From Thermodesulfobacteriota bacterium (GTDB lineage Bacteria; Desulfobacterota; Binatia; UTPRO1): a DNA stretch of 64,000 nucleotides. This document shows positions 1 to 8,487 of the stretch, piece after piece. The stretch is from NCBI GenBank assembly GCA_036781285.1, contig DAIQBH010000002.1, forward strand, positions 6,710 to 70,709. The letters are read 5' to 3'. A program made the position numbers and the translations under genes. The stretch's first letter is position 1. Each line of letters opens with the position of its first letter. Under the pieces are notes generated by a model. The model worked only from the letters and a program-made list of their open reading frames with translations, was not told the origin of the DNA and searched no databases.

Positions 1-77
1 GTGTCGCGCATGCGATCGACGAGATCCCGAGGGATTCGTTCCTGCGCGAAGTCGACGACGCCGCAAATGCCGCACAT
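1..77 (-). CDS. Asparagine synthetase (glutamine-hydrolysing), N-terminal fragment; gene continues off the window. Start at 77.
   Basis: The reverse complement of 1-77 translates to MCGICGVVDFAQERIPRDLVDRMRD. MCGI with the Cys2 nucleophile is the hallmark N-terminus of class-II (Ntn) glutamine amidotransferases such as AsnB. It lies immediately upstream of a glycosyltransferase on the same strand. Confidence 0.55.
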   Translation of the reverse strand, partial: MCGICGVVDFAQERIPRDLVDRMRD

Positions 78-103
78 GGGAGATCGCTCGCGCCCGTCGC
101 GCG

Positions 104-1246
104 TCAGGCCTCGGTGAGTGCCGCGAAGAGCGCGTTCCAGCGCGCGCTCACGACGGGGGCGGTGAACGAGTGAATGGTGTCGGGGATCGCATCGCGCATC
201 CGTCGGAGGGCCGCCGGGTCCCGAAGCACGTCGACGAGCGCGGCCGTCAGCGCCGGCACGTCCTCGGGCGGGAGCAATCGTCCGTTCACGCCGTCGCGCA
301 CGAGCTCGCTCACGCCGTGCGGACAGTCGAAGGCGATCACGGGAAGGCCGCAGGCCAACGCTTCCAGCACGACGTTCGGCATGCCCTCGTAGCGCGACGA
401 CAGCACGAAAACGTCGGCGTGCGCGAAATAACGCTCGGGCTGCTCCTGGAAGCCGACGAGATCGACGACGCCGGCGAGACCGAGCCCGGCCGCCTGCTCG
501 CGGAGCGCGGCTTCGAGCTCCCCGACCCCGACGATCGTGAGCCGCGCCGGCACGCCGGCCGCGCGCACGGCGGCGATCGCCTGCAAGAGCAGATCGAAGC
601 CCTTCTGTTGCGTCAGCCGTCCCATGGCGAGCACGTGCGGTCCCGGTCCCGTGAACGGCGACGACGCCGTCCGTGCCGCGGTCGCGAGCCGCTCCGCGTC
701 GACGGGATTGTGGAAGCACTCGACCTGCCCGGGCCGCAGCGCGATCTCGGCCGTCAGACGGCGCGCGACCGCTTCCGTCTGCGTGATGATGCGATCGGCC
801 CGACGCACGAGCCGCAGATAGCACCCGTAGAGCAGATCCCGATAGCGGTTGTGCTCCATGTAGCGCTCGCCGATGACCTCGCGGATGACGACCTTGCACG
901 GCGGCAGGAACGGCTTCGCCAGGAGCAACAGGAAGTTGATGTAGCCCTGCGTGGCGACGAGGACCGCGGGCCGGACCTTCCAGATCACCCGGATCAGCCG
1001 CGGCATGGCGTTCCGCGCCCGCTTGGCCTCGAGCACGTGCATCACGACGTCGTCCGGGACCTCGGAACGGAACCAAAACCCGTAGAACGTGTAGAAGACC
1101 ACGAGATGCGGCTCGAAACGGCTGCGATCGAGGTGCCGCAGGAGCGTGATCACGACCCGCGCCGCGCCACCGCCGAGGGTCGGCAATACGAACAACACGG
1201 GACGTCGGGCTCGGGATTTGGTCACGATGTCGCAGCGCCGACGCAA
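104..1246 (-). CDS. Glycosyltransferase, family 4 (GT-B fold). Start uncertain: ORF begins with TTG at 1246; GTG at 1225 or 1198 (VLFVLPTLGGG) is more likely.
   Basis: 380-aa ORF with the GT4 C-terminal signature (EGMPNVVLEALACGLPVIAFD, lysine-rich QQKGFDLLL) and a glycine-rich N-terminal loop. Confidence 0.85.
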   Translation of the reverse strand: MRRRCDIVTKSRARRPVLFVLPTLGGGAARVVITLLRHLDRSRFEPHLVVFYTFYGFWFRSEVPDDVVMHVLEAKRARNAMPRLIRVIWKVRPAVLVATQGYINFLLLLAKPFLPPCKVVIREVIGERYMEHNRYRDLLYGCYLRLVRRADRIITQTEAVARRLTAEIALRPGQVECFHNPVDAERLATAARTASSPFTGPGPHVLAMGRLTQQKGFDLLLQAIAAVRAAGVPARLTIVGVGELEAALREQAAGLGLAGVVDLVGFQEQPERYFAHADVFVLSSRYEGMPNVVLEALACGLPVIAFDCPHGVSELVRDGVNGRLLPPEDVPALTAALVDVLRDPAALRRMRDAIPDTIHSFTAPVVSARWNALFAALTEA

Positions 1247-1355
1247 GATCGGAACGGCCCTTCGGAATATCGGCGGTCGGGCGGGGACGCAAGATCAAAA
1301 GCCCCGTCCGCCAGGCCGAAACCGCGTTGACAATGCGGGAGGTGGCGCGGACCAT

Positions 1356-2660
1356 GTGGGGATCGTGCTCGTGCGCTCCGAGCCCCACGCCATCGCGACC
1401 GCCACACCGAGCTCCACTCCGGATGCCGAGGCACGCGCGCGCCGCGTGCTCGGCCTGCTCGCCGCAAGTCTCTACCCGACCGATGGCTCGCATCGCGCGC
1501 TGACGTTCGTCACGGACTTCGACGACGACGCGATCGCGCGCGTGCGCCGTGAGGCCTTGGCGCTCCGCGTTCGCCATGGCGCACCTGTGACCGTCGAGCT
1601 CAGGTACGTCGCCGATGCACGGGCCGCCACCATGGTCGCAACGCTCGCCGACCTCGCGGCGCACGAGGTGCGTATCGTCACCTCGCCGATCGGCGGCGTC
1701 GCGAGCGTCACGGCCATCCCTACGGCGATCGCCACGCTGCGCGGCGAGGTCGGATCCGTCCCCGTCAGCGCGCCGGCGATCGATCGCCAGGCGCTACCGG
1801 AACGGGCAGCCATCGAGAGCACCGTCGAAGCGCTGCGCGTCTCGTCACGTGCGAGGCCGCTCCCGGAACCCGACCGTCCGCGCGTCGGGCTGTCGGAGGA
1901 TCTGGACCCGTTCGGTCTCGATCGCGTGTTTCGGGGGTACACGATCCCCGTCTTCCGATTCATGTTCGAGCAGTACTGGCGCACCCGCGTGACCGGCATG
2001 GAGAACGTCCCCGCAACGGGCGCTGGGCTGGTCGTCGCGAATCATTCGGGCGCGGTGCCGGCTGACGCGTTCATGCTCGCGGCCGCCCTCGAGCTCCGTC
2101 ATCCCGCGCGCCGTTGTCTCCGAGTCCTCTACGACAAATTCGTCGACGCCCTGCCCTTCGTCGGCGACGTCTATCGCCGCCTCGGCGGCGTCACGGCCTC
2201 GCTGCCGAACGCGGAGCGTTTGCTGCAGCGCGGCGAGCTGGTCGGCCTGTTTCCCGAGGGGATCGCCGGCGTGGAGAAGCGCTGCACCGAGCGCTATCGC
2301 CTCCGTCCGTTCAAGACGGGCACCGCACGACTCAGCGTCCGCACCGGCAGCCCGGTGATCCCGGTCGCGATCGTCGGAGCCGAAGAGGCCTACCCGGTCG
2401 TGGCGCGCCTCTATCGGCTCGGTCGAATGGTCGGTGTGCCGTGGATCCCATTGACGCCGACCTTTCCGCTCTGCGGCGTCGCGGGCGCCCTGCCCCTGCC
2501 GACCAAATGGTCGATGCACTTCGGCACGCCGATCCTGCCTCCGCCCGCCGACGGGCGCTCCGAGGACACCCGGGTCGCGGAGCTGACGGGCCGCATTCGC
2601 GCGGCGATCGAAAGCAGCCTCGGCGATCTGCTCGCAAAACGCGACGGAATCTTCCTATAA
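1356..2660 (+). CDS. Acyltransferase with a C-terminal PlsC/LPLAT domain (1-acyl-sn-glycerol-3-phosphate acyltransferase-like) and an N-terminal domain of unknown function. Start placed at the first GTG (1356) beyond the overlap with the convergent GT gene; the ORF as listed begins at 1146.
   Basis: LPLAT block I NHSGAVPAD and block III FPEGIAGVEKR are present. Confidence 0.65.
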   Translation: MGIVLVRSEPHAIATATPSSTPDAEARARRVLGLLAASLYPTDGSHRALTFVTDFDDDAIARVRREALALRVRHGAPVTVELRYVADARAATMVATLADLAAHEVRIVTSPIGGVASVTAIPTAIATLRGEVGSVPVSAPAIDRQALPERAAIESTVEALRVSSRARPLPEPDRPRVGLSEDLDPFGLDRVFRGYTIPVFRFMFEQYWRTRVTGMENVPATGAGLVVANHSGAVPADAFMLAAALELRHPARRCLRVLYDKFVDALPFVGDVYRRLGGVTASLPNAERLLQRGELVGLFPEGIAGVEKRCTERYRLRPFKTGTARLSVRTGSPVIPVAIVGAEEAYPVVARLYRLGRMVGVPWIPLTPTFPLCGVAGALPLPTKWSMHFGTPILPPPADGRSEDTRVAELTGRIRAAIESSLGDLLAKRDGIFL

Positions 2661-2749
2661 GGGCCGGCCGGCGCTCGACGCGCGCCGGTGCGCACCACAC
2701 GCGGTCGTCGACGTTTCGACGGCCAAGCAGCCCGAGAGGGAGACCAGCA

Positions 2750-3259
2750 ATGCGGAGTCATCTGGCGTTGGTCGTCGTGGTCGCGCTGACCGGAGCGGCC
2801 TGCACACGTACCGTACAGTCGGCCAAGAGCGATCCTTGCCCGGCCCCCCAGGCGGCGCGGTCCGTCTCTGGAAGCGGCATCGGCATCATCGGCATGTCGC
2901 TCGACCGCCATCCCGACGGGTCGGGAACGCCGGAGCTCTTCGTCGACCGGGTCGCGCCCGAAGGTCCGGCGGCGAGCGCCGGGGTCCGATCCGGCGACCG
3001 GATCTACAGCATCGAAGGAACGTCGACCGCCGGCATGTCGGTCGCCGAAGCCGCGCGCCGGCTGCGTGGACCTACCGGAGCGTCGATCGCGCTCGCCGTC
3101 GGCGAGAACGGCCGCGTGCGCGACGTCACGATCACGCGGGTCGCTCCGAGCGACCTCTGGAACCGCGCCGGGACGGCGCGCCCGGGCGGCGGCGAGCGCG
3201 TGCACGCGAGCGACGTGGCGCCGGCCGCCGCCGTCGCGGTGCCGCCGTGCCGCCAGTGA
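2750..3259 (+). CDS. PDZ-domain lipoprotein
   Basis: ATG at 2750 follows a GAGGGAG RBS. Signal peptide with lipobox (VALTGAAC). PDZ-like GIGIIGMSLDR...GDRIYSIEG motif. The long upstream ORF 2114-3259 in the same frame is an artefactual extension overlapping the acyltransferase. Confidence 0.7.
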   Translation: MRSHLALVVVVALTGAACTRTVQSAKSDPCPAPQAARSVSGSGIGIIGMSLDRHPDGSGTPELFVDRVAPEGPAASAGVRSGDRIYSIEGTSTAGMSVAEAARRLRGPTGASIALAVGENGRVRDVTITRVAPSDLWNRAGTARPGGGERVHASDVAPAAAVAVPPCRQ

Positions 3260-3263
3260 TGCG

Positions 3264-3752
3264 TCAGGCTTTGCAGAGCACGCCGGCCGTCACGAAATAG
3301 CTGCCGGTTTCGTTGACGATGCCGCCGAAGACGTCGGCGGTGCCCGCGGGCTCGACGTGGGCGACGGCGACGGCTCCGGCCGACACTTGGGTGCTGCCGT
3401 CGGCACGGCGGAAGACGTACCCCGCGGGATAGTGGGCGCTCGTGTCGAGCAGCTCGCCGGGCGCGAGGGCGGTCACGGGACGCTCGACGCGGCCGGCGGC
3501 GTAGAACACGTGGCCCGCGTCGACGACGATCGCTTGCCCGTTGTCGAAGACGACGCGCAGCACCGGGACGGCGGATGCCGTCATGGCGATCTTGGTGAAC
3601 AGCCGAAATCCGATGCGTTCGTTCGGCAGCCGCGTCATCACGGTGATCGACTTGCCGACGAGCCCGCCGATCGCGACCGGCCCGTCGACCGTCTCGATCA
3701 AGCTCTCGCCGGTGAGACATCCCCGCTCACACCCTCGCTGGTCTGCGCCCAC
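3264..3752 (-). CDS. Orphan Hint/BIL-like (Hedgehog/intein) domain protein
   Basis: CLTGESLIETVDG matches intein/Hint block A (nucleophilic Cys, conserved T and I). VVDAGHVF matches block B (TxxH-like). GTG start at 3752 is preceded by AAGGAG at the right spacing. There is no terminal HN splice motif. Confidence 0.55.
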   Translation of the reverse strand: MGADQRGCERGCLTGESLIETVDGPVAIGGLVGKSITVMTRLPNERIGFRLFTKIAMTASAVPVLRVVFDNGQAIVVDAGHVFYAAGRVERPVTALAPGELLDTSAHYPAGYVFRRADGSTQVSAGAVAVAHVEPAGTADVFGGIVNETGSYFVTAGVLCKA

Positions 3753-3884
3753 GTCGGCTCCTTCCTGGTGGCGCGCATCCGGCGCCGGCGGCTTCCATAC
3801 ACGGCGCCGCCGCATGCGCCAACGCGCCGTACCTCCCCCGTTGACAGTCCACACCCCCTCTGCGAGGAACGCGCCGCCTCCACC

Positions 3885-4301
3885 ATGCCTCGGCATTTCG
3901 CCTACCGTGCGCTCGCCGCCGTGACCGCGTTCTTCTTCTTCCTGTTCGGCTTCGTGTTCATCTGCGGCTTCATCGATCGCGCCCTGTTCCAGGTCTTCGC
4001 GCGGCCGCTCTTCGACACCGACCCCTGGGGGTATTACATGCTGGGCGTGGCGGGATCCGTCCTCGTCATGTGGGCCGTGGCACTCGCGTCGGTGGTGCGC
4101 ACACCGGCCGCGAATCCCGGCGTCGCGACCGCGACCACGGTCGGCCTCGTCCTGGGCTCGATCCTCCGACTTCTCGCGTGGTACTCGGGCGAGTATCGCC
4201 TCGCCGCGGATCAGCTCCGGCTCGAGTCGGCGGTCTTCCTGGTCCTCGCCCTCGGCTTCGTCTGGCTGCGCCCGCCGCGCGCGGAATCGCCGACCGCATG
4301 A
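3885..4301 (+). CDS. Small integral membrane protein (about 4 TM helices), function unknown
   Basis: ATG at 3885. Hydrophobic segments AAVTAFFFFLFGFVFICGFI, MLGVAGSVLVMWAVALASVV, TTVGLVLGSILRLLAWY, AVFLVLALGFVWL. Its stop overlaps the next start (ATGA). Confidence 0.5.
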   Translation: MPRHFAYRALAAVTAFFFFLFGFVFICGFIDRALFQVFARPLFDTDPWGYYMLGVAGSVLVMWAVALASVVRTPAANPGVATATTVGLVLGSILRLLAWYSGEYRLAADQLRLESAVFLVLALGFVWLRPPRAESPTA

Positions 4302-4924
4302 GCGACACGCGGCCGTCGCAGCAACCGATCGTCGTCGGACGCATCGGAGTCACGTTGCTCTGCGTCTACCTGTTCGCCGTGACGTTGCGGATCGGCGGCT
4401 GCTACGCGCCCGAGCCGGCGCGGCACGACAAGCTTCCGAGCAGCGGGCCGGCCGTCGGACAGCCGTTCCCGGAGTTCGTCCTGCGCGACGTGAGCGGCGT
4501 CGAGATCGCCTCCCGTGACCTCCGCGGCGCGCGCGCAGTGCTCGCGATCGTGCCGAGCCTGGATTGGTCGCCGCCGACGAAGGCACGGGTGCTCGATCTC
4601 GCCGAAGCGGTCGCAAAGCGCCGCGACCTGCGCGTCGCCGTCGTCCTGCCGGCCGCGCAAGCGTCACCACGGAGCCTGGCCTTCGTTCGGGACCGCGAGT
4701 TGCCGCTCTACGTGCTCGTCGACGACGCCGGACTGATCGAGCGCCTCGGCCTCACGGCACCTGCACCGGACGGCACGCCCGCGGCACACCCCGCGACGTT
4801 CCTCCTCGACGCCGAGGGCCGCGTCCTCGTACGCGACACGCGCCGCGACGCCCGCACCTGGCCCGTGCCGACGCTCGTGCTCGACGCTCCCGCGGCGCGC
4901 GACACGGGCGCCACGGCGCCCTGA
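4298..4924 (+). CDS. Thioredoxin-fold (AhpC/TSA/redoxin-like) protein; no canonical CxxC or peroxidatic Cys is evident
   Basis: Redoxin-like layout (PFPEFVLRDVSGVEI...LRGARAVLAIVPS...). N-terminal TM/signal segment. Translationally coupled to the upstream membrane protein and 37 nt upstream of eutB. Confidence 0.5.
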   Translation: MSDTRPSQQPIVVGRIGVTLLCVYLFAVTLRIGGCYAPEPARHDKLPSSGPAVGQPFPEFVLRDVSGVEIASRDLRGARAVLAIVPSLDWSPPTKARVLDLAEAVAKRRDLRVAVVLPAAQASPRSLAFVRDRELPLYVLVDDAGLIERLGLTAPAPDGTPAAHPATFLLDAEGRVLVRDTRRDARTWPVPTLVLDAPAARDTGATAP

Positions 4925-4961
4925 CCTCGACTCGCCGGTCGGGCTTCGCTACACCGCCGGC

Positions 4962-6353
4962 ATGCACCTCTCGACCCGCGTCCACGGACGCAGCCATCGC
5001 TTCGGATCGGTGCGCGAGGTGCTCGCGCGCGCGAACGAGCCGAAGGCGGGCGACGAGCGCGCCGGGATCGGCGCCCGCTCGCACCTCGAACGTGCCGCCG
5101 CCAAGCTCGTGCTCTCCGAGCTCACCCTCGCCGATCTTCGCGCCCACCCCGTAGCGCCGCTCGACGAGGACGAGGTGAGCCGCGTGATCGACGCCGGCGT
5201 CGACGAGAGCGTCTATCGCGAGATCCAGGGCTGGAGCGTCGCCGAGCTTCGCGACTGGCTTCTCGCCGACGACACGACGCTGGAGGCGATGCGGCGCGTG
5301 AGCCGCGGCCTCACCGCGGAAATGGCGGCAGCCGTGGTCAAGCTCTCGTCGAATCTCGACCTCGTGTACGGCGCGCGCCGCCTACCGGTGACGACGCGCG
5401 CGCGCACGACCGTCGGCCTCCCCGGCCGCCTCAGCACCCGACTACAACCCAACCATCCGAGCGACGACCCTCGGGGGATCACCGCGTCGATCTACGAGGG
5501 TCTCGCCTACGGCGCGGGCGACGCGCTGATCGGCATCAACCCCGTCATCGACGAGGTCGACAACGTGACCGCGCTCTTGCGTCTCACCGCCGACGTCATC
5601 GAGCGGTGGCGGATCCCGACGCAGAATTGCGTCCTCGCCCACGTGACGACCCAGATGCGCGCACTCGAGCAAGGCGCGCCGATGGACATCCTCTTCCAGA
5701 GCCTCGCCGGCACCGAGACCGCCGTGCGAAGCTTCGGCACGTCGGTCGCGATGCTCGACGAGGCGAGCGCCATGATCCGCGAGCGGTCCACGCTGCGCAC
5801 GCGCGGCACCGTCGGCCCACCTCCGACGCAGCTCATGTACTTCGAGACGGGTCAGGGATCCGAGCTCTCCGCCGGCGCGCACGGCGACGCCGACCAGGTG
5901 ACGCTCGAGGCGCGCTGCTACGGGCTCGCCCGGCGCTACGACCCGTTCCTCGTCAACACGGTCGTCGGTTTCATCGGGCCAGAGTATCTCGCCGACGGCC
6001 GCCAGATCGTGCGCGCCGGACTGGAAGACCACTTCATGGGAAAGCTGCTCGGCGTCCCGCTCGGCGCTGACGCCTGCTACACGAACCACGCCGACGCCGA
6101 CCAGAACGACTGCGACACGCTCGCCACGCTGCTCACGACCGCCGGGTGCAACTACTTCATGGGCGTGCCGGCCGGCGACGACGTCATGCTGAGCTATCAG
6201 TGCACGAGCTACCACGACGGCGCGACGCTGCGGCAGCTGCTCGGCCTCAGGCCGGCACCGGAGTTCGAGGCCTGGCTCGTCGACCAGGGACTCATGCACG
6301 ACGGAAAGCTCACGAGCCGGGCCGGCGATCCCGGCTTTTTCGTGCGCCCATGA
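4962..6353 (+). CDS. eutB: Ethanolamine ammonia-lyase large subunit
   Basis: Full-length collinear match to EutB (VLAHVTTQ, YFETGQGSELSAGA, GLEDHFMGKL, CYTNHADADQND, NYFMGVPAGDDVMLSYQ). Confidence 0.93.
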   Translation: MHLSTRVHGRSHRFGSVREVLARANEPKAGDERAGIGARSHLERAAAKLVLSELTLADLRAHPVAPLDEDEVSRVIDAGVDESVYREIQGWSVAELRDWLLADDTTLEAMRRVSRGLTAEMAAAVVKLSSNLDLVYGARRLPVTTRARTTVGLPGRLSTRLQPNHPSDDPRGITASIYEGLAYGAGDALIGINPVIDEVDNVTALLRLTADVIERWRIPTQNCVLAHVTTQMRALEQGAPMDILFQSLAGTETAVRSFGTSVAMLDEASAMIRERSTLRTRGTVGPPPTQLMYFETGQGSELSAGAHGDADQVTLEARCYGLARRYDPFLVNTVVGFIGPEYLADGRQIVRAGLEDHFMGKLLGVPLGADACYTNHADADQNDCDTLATLLTTAGCNYFMGVPAGDDVMLSYQCTSYHDGATLRQLLGLRPAPEFEAWLVDQGLMHDGKLTSRAGDPGFFVRP

Positions 6354-7099
6354 AGACCGCGACGCCACCCCCGCCACCGGCGCTCGCCGCGCTCCTCGCC
6401 ACGACGCCCGCACGGCTCGCGATCGGCCGGACGGGCCCGCGCCCCACGGCCGCGACGTACCTCCGCTTCCTCGCCGACCATGCACGAGCACGCGATGCCG
6501 TCTTCACCGAAGTACCCGCCGCGGTCGTGAAGAAGCTCGGCCTGGTCGAGATCGCAACGGCGGCGCCGTCGCGCGCCGCCTACCTGCGAGAGCCCCGCCT
6601 GGGGCGCGCGCTCGCGCCGAGCGCGCGGACCCGGCTCGCGCGCTGCCGGAAGCGTCCCGAGGTCCAGCTTCTGCTCGTCGACGGACTCTCGTCGACGGCG
6701 GTGATCGCGCATGGCGGCGCGCTCCTCAGGAAGCTGACGACGCTCCTCCGTGCGCGCGGGCGTCGACTCGGCACGCCGCTCTTCGTTCGCAACGGCCGCG
6801 TGCGCGTACAGGACGAGATCGGCCACGTGCTCCGCCCCGAGGTCTGTTGCGCGATCGTCGGAGAGCGTCCCGGGCTCGCGACCGCGAGCAGCCTCTCCGC
6901 GTACGTCATCCATCGACCGACACGCGCATCCACGGAGCCGGATCGAACGCTGATCTCCAACATCCACGACGGTGGCCTCTCCGTCGTCGCAGCGGCGCGG
7001 CAGATCGCGGATCTCATCGACGAGTGTCTCGCGCGCGGTGCGAGCGGTGCGGCACTCGCCGACGCGCGCGCGGCCGCAGCGACCCCGCAGCCCCGATAG
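6350..7099 (+). CDS. eutC: Ethanolamine ammonia-lyase small subunit
   Basis: ATG at 6350 overlaps the eutB stop (ATGA). EutC-like core (LLLVDGLSSTAV, CAIVGERPGL, SNIHDGGLS). Confidence 0.88.
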   Translation: MKTATPPPPPALAALLATTPARLAIGRTGPRPTAATYLRFLADHARARDAVFTEVPAAVVKKLGLVEIATAAPSRAAYLREPRLGRALAPSARTRLARCRKRPEVQLLLVDGLSSTAVIAHGGALLRKLTTLLRARGRRLGTPLFVRNGRVRVQDEIGHVLRPEVCCAIVGERPGLATASSLSAYVIHRPTRASTEPDRTLISNIHDGGLSVVAAARQIADLIDECLARGASGAALADARAAAATPQPR

Positions 7100-7140
7100 T
7101 CTCCGCCAGCGTCTCGGCCGTGAGCCCGACGCTGCCCGAT

Positions 7141-7169
7141 GCGGCATTCGCGTCGTGCACGAATGCCGC
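7141..7169 (+). terminator. Stem-loop 40 nt downstream of eutC (10-bp perfect stem gcggcattcg/cgaatgccgc, 9-nt loop); candidate terminator without a U tract
   Basis: Perfect inverted repeat read directly from the sequence. Position after the eutBC stop. Confidence 0.3.
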
Positions 7170-7252
7170 GACGCGATCCGCAACCTACGCCTTCCGCCGC
7201 CGACGCGGCGTTTCACCTTGACTCTACAAATCAATGCTCGTAGCCCACGTTC

Positions 7253-8428
7253 GTGCAGCGCGCCCTCCTCGGCCTAGTCGTCTGTCCCCGGTGTCGCGAG
7301 CGGTTCGACCTCGATGTCTTCTGCGAGGAGCGCGTGGGCTCGGGACGCGAACCGGAGATCGTCGAAGGCGCGCTCCGCTGCACGGCGTGCGTCGCGGCGT
7401 TCCCGATCATCGAGGGCATCCCGCGCCTCCTCGGTCCGGCATTGCTCGCGCGCATGCGCCGGCGGCATGCACGGTTCTTCACCGCGCACCCCGAATTCCT
7501 CGCCGCGGACCATGCGGACGACGACCCCCTCGCCGACACGCTCGAGAGCTTCACGCGCCAACGACTCGATCTCGGCCTTCCCGGCCCGGAGCTCGCCGCG
7601 CAATGGCGCGTCAATCTCCAACGCAATCTCGGTGACGCCATCCAACTCGAAGAGCTGCGCGGCCGCCGCATCCTCGATGTCGGCTGCGGTTTCGGACGCC
7701 ATCTCCGAATCGCGAGCGACCACGGCGCGGAGGTCGTCGGCATCGACCTTTCGGGCGGCGTCGAGGTCGCCTATCGCAACCTCGCCGGTCGGCCGAACTG
7801 TCACGTGGTCCAGGGCAACGTCTACGAGCGTCCGCTGCGAGACGAGGTCTTCGATGTCGTGTGGTCCTTCGGCGTGCTGCACCACATGCCCGACCCGGCC
7901 GCGGGCTTTCGCGCGCTCGTCGAGTTCGCGCGGCCGAAGGGCGGCCTCGTCGCGATCTGGGTGTACGGCTATCGCGGCATGAGCTTCACCTACCGGCTCT
8001 CGCACATGCGCGCGCTGCACGCGTTCACCCGCGAGCTCTCCGGCACCGCGCGTCTCCGCGCGTCGCAGGCGGTCGCCGCCGGCCTGTCCGCGTTCTACTG
8101 GGAGCCGCTGCGAGCCCTCCGCGCCATCGGGCTCGGCACGATCGTCGATCGTCTGCCGCTCACTGACTACGTCGCGCACGACTTCTCGGCACGCGTAGCC
8201 GGCGTGCACGACCGCCTCTCGACGCCGATCACCCACTTCCACGATCACGACGAGCTGACCGAGTGGCTCCGCGCGGCGCGTCTCGTCGACATCCACGTCG
8301 AGGACACGAACCGGCGCGGGTGGCGCGCGTGGGGCCGCCGCACTCCGCGCCTCGAAGCCCCCACGCGCACGCATCCACTGGCCAACGGCTTCTCCACGCG
8401 CGGCGACGATCGGCCGGTCGTCCACTGA
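7253..8428 (+). CDS. Class I SAM-dependent methyltransferase with an N-terminal Trm112-like zinc ribbon
   Basis: CPRC...CTAC zinc-ribbon pairs at the N-terminus. Rossmann motif I ILDVGCGFGRH. Confidence 0.75.
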   Translation: MQRALLGLVVCPRCRERFDLDVFCEERVGSGREPEIVEGALRCTACVAAFPIIEGIPRLLGPALLARMRRRHARFFTAHPEFLAADHADDDPLADTLESFTRQRLDLGLPGPELAAQWRVNLQRNLGDAIQLEELRGRRILDVGCGFGRHLRIASDHGAEVVGIDLSGGVEVAYRNLAGRPNCHVVQGNVYERPLRDEVFDVVWSFGVLHHMPDPAAGFRALVEFARPKGGLVAIWVYGYRGMSFTYRLSHMRALHAFTRELSGTARLRASQAVAAGLSAFYWEPLRALRAIGLGTIVDRLPLTDYVAHDFSARVAGVHDRLSTPITHFHDHDELTEWLRAARLVDIHVEDTNRRGWRAWGRRTPRLEAPTRTHPLANGFSTRGDDRPVVH

Positions 8429-8487
8429 TCCCCGACGAGCGTCGGTAGCTCTCCCGCGGCGCCTCGGTATATGACCGTCGCGACCTC

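Noticed and set aside
2114-3259. 381-aa plus-strand ORF
   Set aside because: Only the last 170 codons (from the ATG at 2750, with RBS, signal peptide and PDZ domain) look like a real gene. The 5' part overlaps the acyltransferase gene in another frame.
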